DNA of 64,000 nt from Marsupella aquatica. Lineage: Eukaryota; Plantae; Marchantiophyta. Under the pieces are notes generated by a model. That model was not told where the DNA came from. It worked only from the letters and a program-made list of their open reading frames with translations, and ran no database searches. Positions 1 to 12,325 of this stretch are shown here, piece after piece; position 1 is the stretch's first letter; the number at the start of each line of letters is the position of its first letter. Both the position numbers and the translations under genes were made by a program. Location: contig OZ316898.1 of the NCBI GenBank assembly GCA_973895155.1, positions 21,153,292 to 21,217,291 on the forward strand, in the 5' to 3' direction.

Positions 1-330
1 TGATCAGACAAAGAAACTGGTTTCAAATGTATTTGCCGAGGATTGACTATTAACTCTCTTAGCTTGAGAATTTGGTTGGTTGCATGTAGCAAAAAAGACT
101 GATTTTGACATCTGCTTGTGATAACCATGTTGTCGACTTTGGCCTGGAAAGCAAAGCATTCCTGTGACAGTTGAAAAAATGTCAAACTGCTCAGGGCATG
201 GCTGAATGGGTCCACAATGATTTCTTGAGAAAATCTAATCTAAACAATGCAAGCTGTGAAAATCTATCAATCATATTTGTCGAACACAACATGACTACCA
301 GCATCCCTTCCTAATCTTCCTAATCAGACT

Positions 331-334
<4 letters not shown>

Positions 335-398
<64 letters not shown>
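335..398. repeat. (TC)n microsatellite, ~32 units
   Basis: Uninterrupted tc run seen directly. Confidence 0.97.
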
Positions 399-402
<4 letters not shown>

Positions 403-2864
403 GAAAGCTTAAGCGCTGCCCTTCTCCATTTGGTGAATAGTTGCGTCAAGGTCATGAGGCTATTAACCTCTAATTCAAAACTTGCCAAAGTCAGACTTCA
501 GTGACATCTCTAGAATTTCCAGTTATTTGAAAGTACATTGACAAATCTACAAAGAGGACTCAGCTACTAGAAAGCTTAGGGTTCCTTGTTGAGAAAAGCA
601 GATTTCTCAATTGTGTCTTCTCAACTCAAATTGAGTGCCCAGGGCAATTTATTGGTTGAATATAGTGCCATCCAATGCCAAAATCAACTAACATAAACAA
701 AACTGTGCCTTGGGTTCATGAATTAATGTTCTAAACTTAGTTAAAATATCTCTTAAGTGTTTTAATGTAATAATAGTTAAAATATCTCATAGAGCTGAAG
801 TGTTTTAATGTCTTCTAGCTAGCAGAACATTATGGACCATATTAGCCTCTCAAAACCCAAGCTAAAGGCCCTTATTTTCCTGGTCATTATGAAGAACATT
901 ATAAAATCAGATTTGTATGCATGAGGTAATTTCTCCTATACTTTCATTAAGATTTGTAAAACTATCTCATCGTAATAATCTTTGATACCATAACATTTTG
1001 GACCATAATAGGCTCTCGCAACTTGAGTTAAAGCTAGCATTACATAGATTATTTTTACTCAAACAAGCCCTAAAAAATGTAGCCAGGGAGTCCACAAACT
1101 AATTTCATGTGGTAAGGGATGATGGGGGAGGGAGAATGAGGATGTAGGTTTCCCTTACAAGTGCCCCATCCATAACAACATTGTTGAGAGTAGCAAGGGT
1201 TAACAACTTGTTGATACTTAACTGAAGACAAGCAAGTGGTTAAATAGGTTAAGCCCTCCAAACACAACGTACTTTACCATGAATTAGTGCTGCTGAGGTT
1301 AGAATAGTGGAGAGGGCCTATATACCTTGGAGGAACACTTCATTGTGCTGACACTAGATATCAATGTCAAGCGTTGGAGAGTGGAGTGAGAGAAGAGTAT
1401 AGTGTCATCGACCCAGCATGTGATTTGCCAAGCTATGGCCAATGTATGGTGTTCATAATTATGTATAGTCAATTTTCCCTAGCATTTTGGTCAAGGACGC
1501 ACCCTGAACTGGGTGAACCAAACATCTTTCAAGTCAAGATAGATTGTGCGTTGTACCCTGGTTCCTCAACACATGTATCTCAACACAACTAGCAATAAGA
1601 AAGTCCATTCGTATGCAAAACGACATTCATTTCACAACCCTTCACATATCATGGAAAGAGTTATTAGGGTTAGGTTTTTTTTCTAGTTCTTCCATGCCAC
1701 ATTGATTTGAATCAGGCAAATGTTGGCTATCTTTGCCTATTTTTTTAATCTTGACCCCATGCTCCATTGGTACTAAGATTTTGCCACAGTATATGGTCAC
1801 CATGTTTATTCTATGAGCTCTAAGACTTTCAAATTTCAACTTTTGAATAAAGTACGAATGAAAGTAAAAAATGGTTGACCGTGCTCTAAGTTTTGAATTC
1901 AAAAGTTATCATCCCCTTTTCTCATCCATAGAGCTTCGAAGGCCGTGTCTTCCCATCCATGTGCCTCCCACTTTCTCCTTGATCATCGCCCCTTTTTTTT
2001 CCAGTCTCTTTGACCCCTTCCATGTTTTGCTTCACAGTCTTTTGTTGGCACAAAGTTTTTGGAAAACAACCATGAGAGTGCACTACATTAAAATGCACGG
2101 GCCGGATTGTTTGTCATTCTTCATGGTTGCAAATCTCTCCTCATTTTGGTTGGGTTGCTAGTGCTGTAAAATTGTTATTATCAGTTTGGTCATCGTTGTT
2201 GTTGTCCGCTGGTCCTCACTTATTTGCTTCCGACCCATAATGCAGGTTTTTTTTATTGGATTTTGTGAAAGACTAATACATTTTTGTGGAAGAACATTAG
2301 GGCTGTTTTAATAAATTTTTGCAAATTATAAGAAGATTCTAAAAAGTCAAAAGAATTTGTGTTTAAAAAATCAGTGATTAAAACTTTTACTCATGTCTAA
2401 TGTGCTATTCCCCAAAAACTTTGTGATATGAGACCCCCTTGGCATGAGGCCCCCGAGGTTATTGTTGTGAAAGTGTTGCTATTGGGGAGGGAAAAGGTTT
2501 GTGCATGGGCACGCGCAACGGTGGTCCATGTATGGTCGCACAATATGAGGGTGTTTTTTTTTTTAAATTTAAAATTTATTTGCAGGCGACTCTTAACAGG
2601 TAATTTAGATATTCAGATTTTCCCAAAATGTCCAGAATTTTGGGCAGATGCAAGGCAGGCATTGTGACAGACGAATGGCCCGAAAATGATTCCAAGCTCT
2701 TTTCTCCGCATACTTTCCTCACAAAAATACCCTATACTCTGTCCCCCCAACCAGGTTTAGTTTTTGCAGAGGCAACGGTAGTTTGGGTACATAATACCTT
2801 CGAGAATGTTATCCGTGATGAGATCCTATAAACTCCTGGTTTTTCATGAACCTGCTATCTCATG

Positions 2865-3511
2865 TTTTGTCTTATTCATATTTGTGTATCATGAATTTTT
2901 ATTAGAATGTACCTTAACAAGGGGCATCCTTTGTATCACATAGACTTTTAAGTCATTTTTGGACCCCTTTAAATTTTTGGTATTCTATAGTGTTTTGAAT
3001 TTATTTTGGCAGCCCCCTTATAATTTGTAAACTTTGTTAAGTCCTAGAGAGAAACTAAGGGTTTCATTTTCTACGGCTTTTAAGGATACTCATGAGTGAG
3101 AGGAATGATTCTAAGAAATGTCAGCACATCCTGTCTTAAACTCCCCTTGTGGCTTTCTTTCCTAAGTTTATGGTTTTTATTGAATAAGAGTCATTAATAA
3201 GACACACTGAAATACATGCACAACTCGTAGGATCTTTGTGTAATAGAATTGTACTTTCCATTGGTCACTATGTGCTTTTATTGCATGTGTTTTATTTATA
3301 TTATTTGATTTCATTGTGCACAACTCGTAGCAACTTTGTGTAATGAAATTGTACTTTCCATTGGTCACTATGTACTTTTATTGTATGTATTTTATTTATA
3401 TTATTTGATTTCATTCACATTTAATATGTATTCTAGTCTTACTCTTTAATTTTGTCCACTTAATATCACTACAAGACAAAAAGTAAAGCATGTTCCAGGA
3501 TGAGCATGCTA
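2865..3511 (+). repeat. Dispersed repeat, diverged copy of 13187-13673; contains a ~100-bp tandem duplication (3216-3415)
   Basis: Shared blocks ttttgtcttattc, aaggggca.cctttgtat, ttattttggcagcccc, tcactacaagacaaa...aagcatgttccaggatgagcatgcta in the same order at both places. Confidence 0.75.
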
Positions 3512-5792
3512 AGTATACTATATCATGAATACTTGAAAAATATCATCAGCCATATCTGAAAGACGACTTTCATCCGCGAAATCGAGCGTAGAATATTTCA
3601 ACAGTTTACTTTAACACATCTACTACTGTAGAAGCCGCGTAAAATGGTTCAGCCTTTGTGACCGACCGCTTCGGTCACGGGCCTGGTATTTGAGAGTTTT
3701 GCAAAGGAAATTCTTGGAACAGTAGTGTTGTTGTTCACAATACTGCCCTACGGTAGCGATACAATAATGTTGATCATGATCCACTAAAAAGGGTGGTGGA
3801 ATCCGGTTTAGGGTCCTTATTATAATGATAATGACACTCCTTTATCCTTTTGGTCGGCCCATTGAATAGGGGCGATGGACCGTCTTTGCAAATAAGGGCG
3901 AGCGAATGAATCTGAGAAGGGTAATTAATGCTAGGTTGCAATGATTAGTCCTAAGCCGCCAGCTGACAGGCACAGTTATGTAATGTCTGGCCTAAGCTTC
4001 ATTTCCCATTACCAGGTCCGCGGCGCGGTTGTGGGGACTGGGGAGTCTCACTTGGCCTGGCAGGGTCTCATCAGGCTCCATATTATTGTATTTTGTGGTG
4101 AAATCTTGGCACGAGACAGACCGACCCCGCCCCCCATCAACCATGGGCGAGGACATGTAACTAAAACTAGTATGTGGGTCCAACTCAATTTTTTTAACAC
4201 ATTGGTAATATTGTATTTGTTTGTTTTACTAATTCTCTTTCCTGGTCTTTCCTGGTTATCAAGTTTGCCAAAACTCTATGATGTGCCCAAATACAGTGCC
4301 AAAAATTTGGAAGGAGCTCATAATGTTGTCATCCTTTGTTTGTCTCCACCTCTCTATGTAATTCACATTGCAACTCCTCACTGTAGCAATCACCTTGCTT
4401 GTTCGAGTGACAAATTATTCATCACAAGGGTGAGCAACAAACTATCTTGGAGGCAAGGAGCTAGGCAATCACCTGCACTTCATTGTCCTGCAATGTTTTT
4501 GTGCAATGGATAATTATGCATTGTACTTGTCTATAAAATTATGAGATGTTTTTAAAAGTATTTGAAGTTTGCATAATAAAAGTTGACATGGCTAACAAAC
4601 AAATTCATAAACTCAAAAACTATTTATAGCATTGGTTTTTTAATTGTTTTGTGGGGAGACAAGTATACTTTTTGTTTGGAAAGTGTAATTTATTCATCAT
4701 GATTTGTCTAGTAATGACAAAAACAAAATTCTCATCAATTTTAATGGCAAATGGAAAGGAAGAAAAAACCCATAAGTGTAGAATCATAATGATCATGTTG
4801 GGAAGAGAGTAACTTTATACACAGGCACCTTCATGAGAGAAGAAACATACTAACTTCATTTCTGTTTTTTAAATGTATGTTTTACTAATCAATAGAAAGT
4901 CATAGCCTTATTTTTGTAGAGATTTTATAATAATAGAATAGTTTAATGTTTTGAGAATAGTTGATTAGTCTTGAATGTGCAAGTGAGTTTTGACATTATG
5001 CTTATGACTTTTTTGGTGTGTATTCAAGGAATATGTTTGAACAAGGCATAGGGGAGCTACACTCAAGTGGCATACAAGATATTTTTTTAAGATTTCTCAT
5101 GGTGACTACCATCAAGGTAAATGTTTATATCAGTGCATGTTTTTTATGACTAGAATTTGTGTTTATTTGTTATTTGTGAAGTGACTTGATATTTTGTCCA
5201 TTCAATTGACATGAGCAATTTTGTGTGAGTTTGTAGACAAATTTTGGCATCACTAAGAAACAACCCCAAGCTATCATCTAAGCTTGAAATAGAGGTTTGT
5301 TTCTCTCTTTATTCCTCGTTGAATAAATGTGATTGCTAAAGTTGTTCACTCGTAAAGCTAAATGAAGCATGGAATCTATGTATAGTTTAAAATCCAATTT
5401 TCACTTATGTAATATTGATCATAATAGTGTTTATTTTCAAATAAATTATCAGATTAGCTAAAAATTTGTAGCATTATCATATATGGATGTGCAAATATTA
5501 GTATATTAATTATTTGCCATAACACTTAGAGCTTTTATTTGAATCAACACCATAGATTTATGCAATCTTAACAAAACTATAAGTAATTGTAATTTGCAAT
5601 TTATTTGTAGAAAGGTAGATGAGTCTTTTGTAATCTTGTTTCATATTGTTATGGTTATCTTAGGGCATTACATATTAAGAAAGTGAAATTTGCCCTTTGT
5701 TGGATTCCAAAAAGCTCTTTGTACCTAAAATTATTCACTTAAGTTTATTATCAATCGGGTACTATAATTATAAGGTCCATATCATATTATTC

Positions 5793-6011
5793 AAGTTAAG
5801 GCAATAAACTTTAGTACACACATATGCAGAGGTCGGTGTAATGTTTGACCCTAATTGTAACTTCAAAATCAATATAAGGTTACAAGTTAAGGCATGCTGG
5901 TACACACATCCGCAAGTTAAGGGTCGGTGTATTGTTTGACCCCAGTTGTAACTTCAAAATAAATATAAAGTTACAAGTTAAGGCATCCTGGTACACACAT
6001 CTGCAAGGGTC
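5793..6011. repeat. Tandem repeat, ~90-bp unit, ~2.3 copies
   Basis: caagttaaggca...gtacacacat...ggtcggtgta.tgtttgaccc..ttgtaacttcaaaat recurs. Confidence 0.85.
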
Positions 6012-6615
6012 AGCGCCAAGCCGAAGTGGAGGCAATCACACAAGGCCAGACGGAGCAGCTGTTCAAGATGTATATATTCCGAGACCGGAGAGCATAAGGA
6101 TAGAGGCAAACATGCGGAAGGATATCATCGATCTCGAGTATGTTCGCCGGCATGGGGTTGATGGGAGGCGATGTCTCCTGTGTTGGGAGGACTCGAATAG
6201 CCCTGCAAATCATGGAATAAGGGAGTGTGGCGTAATGAGAGGGTTATGCCTGCGGTGTCTGTCCAATCGCCATCGGGTTTCCAACTGTAATGTGAAGAGT
6301 CAAGAACGTCATAATAATGCTTGCTTCAAGTGCTTCTTTCCGTTTGATCAAATCTACCAAACCCAGGTGCACACGTGGGAATCCGGGAGCAGCACCTGCA
6401 ACGATCTGTCCGGAGAGAGGATACGAATTCTAATCTGGCATGCATATAGGAATGACGTCTCGCGCAGTCGACTCAGGCAGCTGTTTCCTGACATGCCAAT
6501 GGATGACAGTAAATTTGAGCCTTGGCTACTTTCAATGGACGTGGAGAGAATGCTGAACAATTTTGAGCGGGTGGCGGCAGCTGTGATGAGGATGAAACCA
6601 TCATCGGAAGAATGA
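5932..6615 (+). CDS. Orphan Cys/His-rich putative zinc-binding ORF, probably a gene fragment; plausible start ATG 6112
   Basis: GC-richer open frame with CLLC-x9-H-x4-C, CLRC-x4-H-x4-C and CFKC...H...C clusters; the first ~80 nt lie in the tandem repeat. Confidence 0.45.
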   Translation: MFDPSCNFKINIKLQVKASWYTHLQGSAPSRSGGNHTRPDGAAVQDVYIPRPESIRIEANMRKDIIDLEYVRRHGVDGRRCLLCWEDSNSPANHGIRECGVMRGLCLRCLSNRHRVSNCNVKSQERHNNACFKCFFPFDQIYQTQVHTWESGSSTCNDLSGERIRILIWHAYRNDVSRSRLRQLFPDMPMDDSKFEPWLLSMDVERMLNNFERVAAAVMRMKPSSEE

Positions 6616-7446
6616 AGAGAGCTTGCTCTATCCTTGTTGCCGACCAGAGACTCATGTTCAATGCAAAACAAGCTACAGTTTAGTACACGTAAGGACGTCT
6701 TCCCGCCCTGGGAATTCGATAGGGCGTTGCCAGCTGATGAAGGCGATACACTGACCATTCACAGCGCTGCCCGCCCCCCCTACACTCTCAGTAACCAGGA
6801 AATTGTGGAAATTGGAGAACAAACCTAACCGTGGCAACAATGCCCCCACGCAAGTGTCGCATAGGGTTTAGTGGGCGGGGTAGTCGTAACCCATGCTAAA
6901 CCCACGACCGTTCATGCTCGTGGCCCGTCTCAACCTTTTCCTCCTTACTACTACTACTACTACTGCTATTACTACTGACTAGGGGTGCTGACTAGGGCGT
7001 CTGAAACTTATGCTTTAGGATTACATTTTGGCACCCAGTATATCACTGGTGTGGGCCGCCCGGGTCGGGTTTACTCTCCTCATTCCGTTCCTCATCACAG
7101 GCTTTCACAGAGATATAGACACTTGCAAAATTCTCTTCATTGTAACTACATGGTTGGAAAACAAGCTGCGTAACCAAATGTTGAACTATCTGATTATCGC
7201 ATTGCGTGTGAACATTGAAACTAGCAACTAATGGTAGAAAAGCCTAAAGGTACCGATCTCCTGGCGTCCCGGAAACTATTGTAACTGCAATGTTTACGAA
7301 ACGAAGCATAATTAAAATGGCAGGATTTGATAGTCGGAACACTAATTAGGGTTTAAGCCCCAGCGAAGCCAGCCGTGTAATCCCAACCTAATCCTACCCA
7401 GTGTCCCCTGGACACCGTCGCTTCCACCTTCCGTGAATCCCGCTTG

Positions 7447-9467
7447 CTAGTCCCTCCCAAACTCAATCCGATGACCCCGCAGGCGATCATTGTCCTCCCG
7501 GAGGACCCGGATCTGGTGGTTCAAGGAGTTAAACTCCCGCTGCATGATGTCGACCTCCTCCGCCGCGTCCTGAGAGGCGTCCTCCAAGTCATGGACGTTA
7601 CTCTTCAGCATGTCCGTTAGGTGGCCTTGCTCGGTGACCTCTCTCCTAAGGCGATCAACCTTGGCCTCGAGAGCGTCGACCCCTGTCGTGGCTTCTTCCT
7701 CGATCATGTCCGTCCGCCATTTGTGCTCCCGACCCTCTAGTTCGTAGATCTGGGTCCGAAGCCCAGCTATCTCCGCATCCTTGTCCGCGGTCGTGATGAA
7801 TGACAAAGCCACATACTCATTTATTTTGTCATTGGCCTCTTTAAATTGTGCTTGGATCGCCTTGGTAGTCTCAGTGTAGCGTCAGTTTTCCGCATCCTCC
7901 CTCTGACATTGGGAAGTCTGGTACTCGTCTTTGGTCACAGTGAAGATGTCCGTCATGAGCGAACCCATCTCGCGGCAGACATTCTTGGTTACGTTCCCCA
8001 GCAAGGCGATGAGAAACTTGGCCGCAATTGACTGTGGATCCTGACAAGGAACTTGGCCCTGCAAATCTTGGCTTGGTCGACGTGAGAAATCGGCCTGCTC
8101 CGGGGTCATGTCAACCGGGGAAGAGTGCTTGGCTTCGAGGGCCAGCTCTGGATCCATGGTTGTTACAAAATCCCGAATCCCCATGATTGCGGCTACGGCC
8201 TGGCCCTGGGCATCCATGGCCCCGATCGCCTCATCCGCCTGTGGAGGAGGTGCGACCAAGTTGGCCACCGGGTTCGGTCTCACGTTGTCCGGCGTGTCTA
8301 CCAGGCTCCTTGCTTCGGGCTGGGGCCATTGGTCGAACGGGAAGATTTCTGTCACATTGCACCCTAAACCCCCTCGATCGAATCGGGCATACCAATGGAG
8401 GATGATCTCGATGTGGCTGGCCATATGTGCCTTGCCCCCGATGTGGAAGGTATTCTGCAGCCAGACCATCTCCTCGTGGAACCTCCTCGCGAAGTAGGAA
8501 GCCCACCTCCTTGGCCTGTAACTCTCCACTTGAATTACCTGTGCAGCGGAGATGTCTTGTCGCGGCTCCATCAGGTGGATGGCGTATCTCTGGAACTCTA
8601 GGCGCTCCGCAATCTTCGGCCTGAGGCATGTCCGGATGAGGAAGCTGTTGTCGACGTGCCCATCTGGTGGAAAATTGGAGGAGTGATACCTTGCCCCCTT
8701 TCCTCCCGGGGCACGGGACTCCACCTTGTCCGTGCCTTCGGGTAAGCCAAAGATCCTCCGCAATCTATTTTCCGATAAGGACATCAGGCGTCCTTCCACT
8801 CTAGCTTGTAGTTTCCTGCATTGCGTTGTAGTTGGTGATGAAGTGTGCGAAGTCCTTAGTGTAGTAGCGGCTCGTGTTCCAGGGCAGGGTCACAAGGTGC
8901 TCAAATCCCTGTGCCCGGATGTAGGCGTCATTCGCGGTATGGAGGATCTTCCAGTGGAGGTTTTCTCCCATCCGATGCAGTGTCAACCGGGCTACCTCCA
9001 TGGGTAAGTGGGCCAATGACGCCGTCGGCACCTTCCTCTTGCGGTTCCGGTTTCGGCTTTCGGAATGATCGGTCGGGTGTGATAATCCGGAATCCCGATC
9101 CTCCCTACTATCTGATCGGGCGGGCTGTGTGGGCAAGGTGACAGCCATTGGTGTAGATGTCTGGAAAGCCTGGCTTCTGGTCTACCTGGGTTGCCGCTAC
9201 TCGGATTTGTGCTTGGGTGGGTTGGCGAGAGGGTCGTCTGTCGAGAGGAATGGACTCCTTGTCAGAACTCAGGTATGGTGGCTCAACTGGTGGTGGTGTT
9301 GCCCTGGGCGGCGTCGCCCGTTGTTGTTGCTGCTGTTGCTGCCCACTGCTCAAGGGTAACATCGGGGCTGGTGGCGGCGATGTCACTACTACTGGAACCG
9401 TGGCCGCGGCTACATTCCTGGGTTGCGGCTGCCGTCACTGTGATGGCGCTCCAACTCCCGACGCCAT
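7447..9467 (-). pseudogene. Decayed ~670-codon ORF-X-like accessory gene (family 3): low-complexity N-terminus, conserved domain, C-terminal coiled coil
   Basis: ORFs 9108-9386, 8801-9148, 7882-8799 and 7447-7812 join through two frameshifts and two in-frame TGA codons; GFEHLVTLPW...VEGRLMSLSENRLRRIFGLPEG...TCLRPKIAERLEF aligns by eye to ORF-X GLEAFVRLPW...IYGKDFYLTPKVIAEVFGLPIG...TCTNPHIGEMIDF. Confidence 0.7.
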
Positions 9468-10261
9468 AAGTCCCTTGTGCCCTCGCTGATGGAACCGATC
9501 ACGGGCACGTGATAAATGTGGTGGCGGGTCAAATCAATCGTCCCCTGGAGTAGTTCTGAAGATGTGGTCCTAGAGCCCAAGGAAAGCTTCCCAGATGTCT
9601 AGGCATTTACTTCCGTCAAAGAACAGTTCGTGTTGTGTATATCTCCGCTCGAAGGAGAGGTTGGAGATCTTCGTTGCAATGTTTGTTAGCGACACCACGG
9701 ATGGCTCGTCCCAACTCTTTTTGGATTTCCCACTTCCAAGGCTAGCGTTGCGGCAATGTGACTTCCCTCGGAGACAAAAGGAATTCCTGAACTAGATGGC
9801 CGTGCTGGACATGGGCAAGCTCGACGAGTGCAATTCCGCCACAATCGTTAGCAATATGATCGATAAAACGCGTGAGTTTGTGGAGTTGCTGATGCAAGCG
9901 TTTTCGCAGAAGGATGAGAGAGCTTTTCGCGAAATGGCGAGAATATAAGAAAGAGCAGTGGGAAGTGGCCCGCTCCTTCGATACCCTTTTGTGTCCTTCC
10001 CGAACCTTCGCTAAGGCCTAAACGAACGAGCAACCGTACCCAATCATCATTAATAAAACCTCCGCTCCGCAGGTCCCAGTCCAAGCGTGAGTGGATAGGT
10101 CCCAGTCCCCGGCGTGAGTGGATCCTGCGATTCATGAAGCAATCGTGTGTGTACGACAATGAAAGGCGTGAATTATAATTGAGATCGCTGGATTCATATA
10201 GGACTAGATGGTGGAACACGAATAGGGTAATGTCCTGGTCATTGGAGGGCATTAAGAGATA

Positions 10262-10760
10262 CTAGCCCCATGCCCGTGCGTTGCACGAAACATTTTTAGG
10301 TGAGTGCAAGATGTTGAGGAGAGACATAGAATCCAAGGCGAGGGCTGGAGGCCAAGATGTCCAGGAGAGGAAAGATGTTGAGGTGAGAAAAGGTGTCAAC
10401 GGGAGAAAAAGAAATGGAAGTGAGAAAAAGATGTAGAGGAGAGAAACGATGACAAGGTGAAAAAAAGATGCGAACACAATGAACCAATGTTGAGAGTTTA
10501 CGGAAAGATGTTGCTGTGAGGTAAAGGACACAAAAAATGTCTGTGCATTGCCCAAAAGATGTTGAGAGGAGACAAAGATGGCAAGGTTTCGGGTAAGTTG
10601 TAAAGCAAACACAGAAAATGTAGGCAAATGCGTTCCATATGCGTTGCAAAAAAAGATGTTGTTGCGTAAAAAAATGTCACTACATAAAATACGATGTTGT
10701 GCAAGGGATATCATGGAGAAAAGATGTCAATCATTACGTAAAAGAAAGTATGCTATAAAT
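10262..10760 (-). mobile_element. Helitron 3' end with degenerate AAAAGATGTTGAG-type internal repeats; 5' end not located
   Basis: Minus strand reads TTTCGTGCAACGCACGGGCATGGGGCTAG|T: hairpin, then CTAG, then T. Confidence 0.7.
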
Positions 10761-12325
10761 CAACTTTTATTAAAATGAATTTCAAAATTATTAATGCTTA
10801 TTTTAAATACTTAAATACTATTAAAAACATGATACAGAAATATACAAGATTATTCTGCTTTTTTCCACTTCCCTTTTTTTCACACCTTTTAACTCTTCCA
10901 CTTCCCTTAGTTTACCCTGCTGGCCAAGTTCTTGCTACTCTCCCTCTCATCTTTGCATAGTGCTTTATAATTATTTGTCTTTTCTTTAATTTCCCATTGT
11001 GTCTTTCTTTTTGAAATTGTTCTCCATTTACTCAATTTCTGTCTTTTTTTCTCTATATTCCCCCTTCCCCCATTTTTTTTCCTCTCGGCCAATCTCCTGT
11101 CTACCTTCCGTCCTTCCCCCTCATCTTAGTTTGCGTAGCTTCGAATTATTATAATATTGTTGTACCCTGGTACTCCCAATGGGAGAACAAAAAAGGACAA
11201 TCTGGTACCAGCCATAATTATTGTACTTTCTAGTACAATACAACTATTCTAGATTAAAGTGCTGAGGATGTCAGGTGTGTGTCAGTGTGTGGCATAATCA
11301 GGGCTTCCACCGCCCTTTCAAGAGAGGAAGGTATGCAGCTCAGCAGCTGCCCTGCATAGGGCTAATAAATACCTCAAGTACCTCTCGTTTTCACGATCAA
11401 CGGTGATGCAAAGACCTCAAAACATATCAATGGCCAGGGATGATTCCCGCCAAGACTGCATTTCATAAGGGGACGAAGGACGAAATCTGGCGGGATGCGG
11501 GATACTGTACTATAGTTGTAGAAGAAAGATTCTCACAATGCCAGTAACTAGGACAGTTAATGTACGTAAAAACTTGAGTGACTTTTAGGTAACAAACAAG
11601 AAAAAGTGAATCTCTGAATAGAAAGTCCAAGCGAAAGGGCCTGCAATCGGGTAAAGGCATGTAAGAAGTTAAAAACAATTCTTGTACAATTTGGGTTTTA
11701 CCTTTCCTATTTTTGTGATACTTCACATAATGCCCTCCTCAAAAGAAGGGAGGATGTATGGGAAATTAACGCACTCAAAAATACAAAGAAAAATTACCCA
11801 AAAGGAGGATTCTCTTCCCTCTGGTGGTCTGGTTATGAAATGATAAAAAAAATCGTCACGCATGTCATAATTTTAATAATGATACATAACATAGCATACT
11901 CTTTTCTATACAAATCCCTCTTTCTATGCGCATATGTTATGATGGGGTCATGGAGCTCATTTTTTTAATGTAAATAGAAATCATTGACAAAAACCATGCA
12001 TGATTACCATTTGACATATATCATATCATGTTATCTTACTATCTTACAATAACAGTGCCAACTGAAGTGTAGTTTTAAGAAACTAGGCCTAGGCCATCAT
12101 GTGCATGGGAAAAACTCAAATGTCAACTGGTACATGCAAGTTTTTTTGTGATAATTTCTAAGAAATCTTATTTATAAACCGCCCACTACAAAGTGGTAGC
12201 TACAGATGGGGCCTAGGTTTCTAGATCGAGTGAAGAAGCCCCTAGACCGTAACTCCATGGCTCATCAATGATGTGGATGGGAAAATGATAATCATGCGTG
12301 CTTTTTGTAGTCATTTCTATTTACA

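Noticed and set aside
3467-3476. CACTACAAGA here and at 13629 as the missing left CACTA end
   Set aside because: It does not match the right TIR (CACTAGTAGC), has no subterminal repeats, and lies inside a repeat that is homologous on both sides.
3941-5300. 190-aa ORF and possible small exons as a host gene
   Set aside because: No recognisable motif and no consistent spliced frame could be built.
6855-9694. Solo LTR bounded by TGTCGC and GCGACA around the family-3 gene
   Set aside because: The flanks (GCAAG and CCACG) do not form a direct TSD; boundaries left unresolved.
10262-10778. Hydrophobic ORFs of 117-150 aa
   Set aside because: Products of low-complexity Helitron internal repeats.
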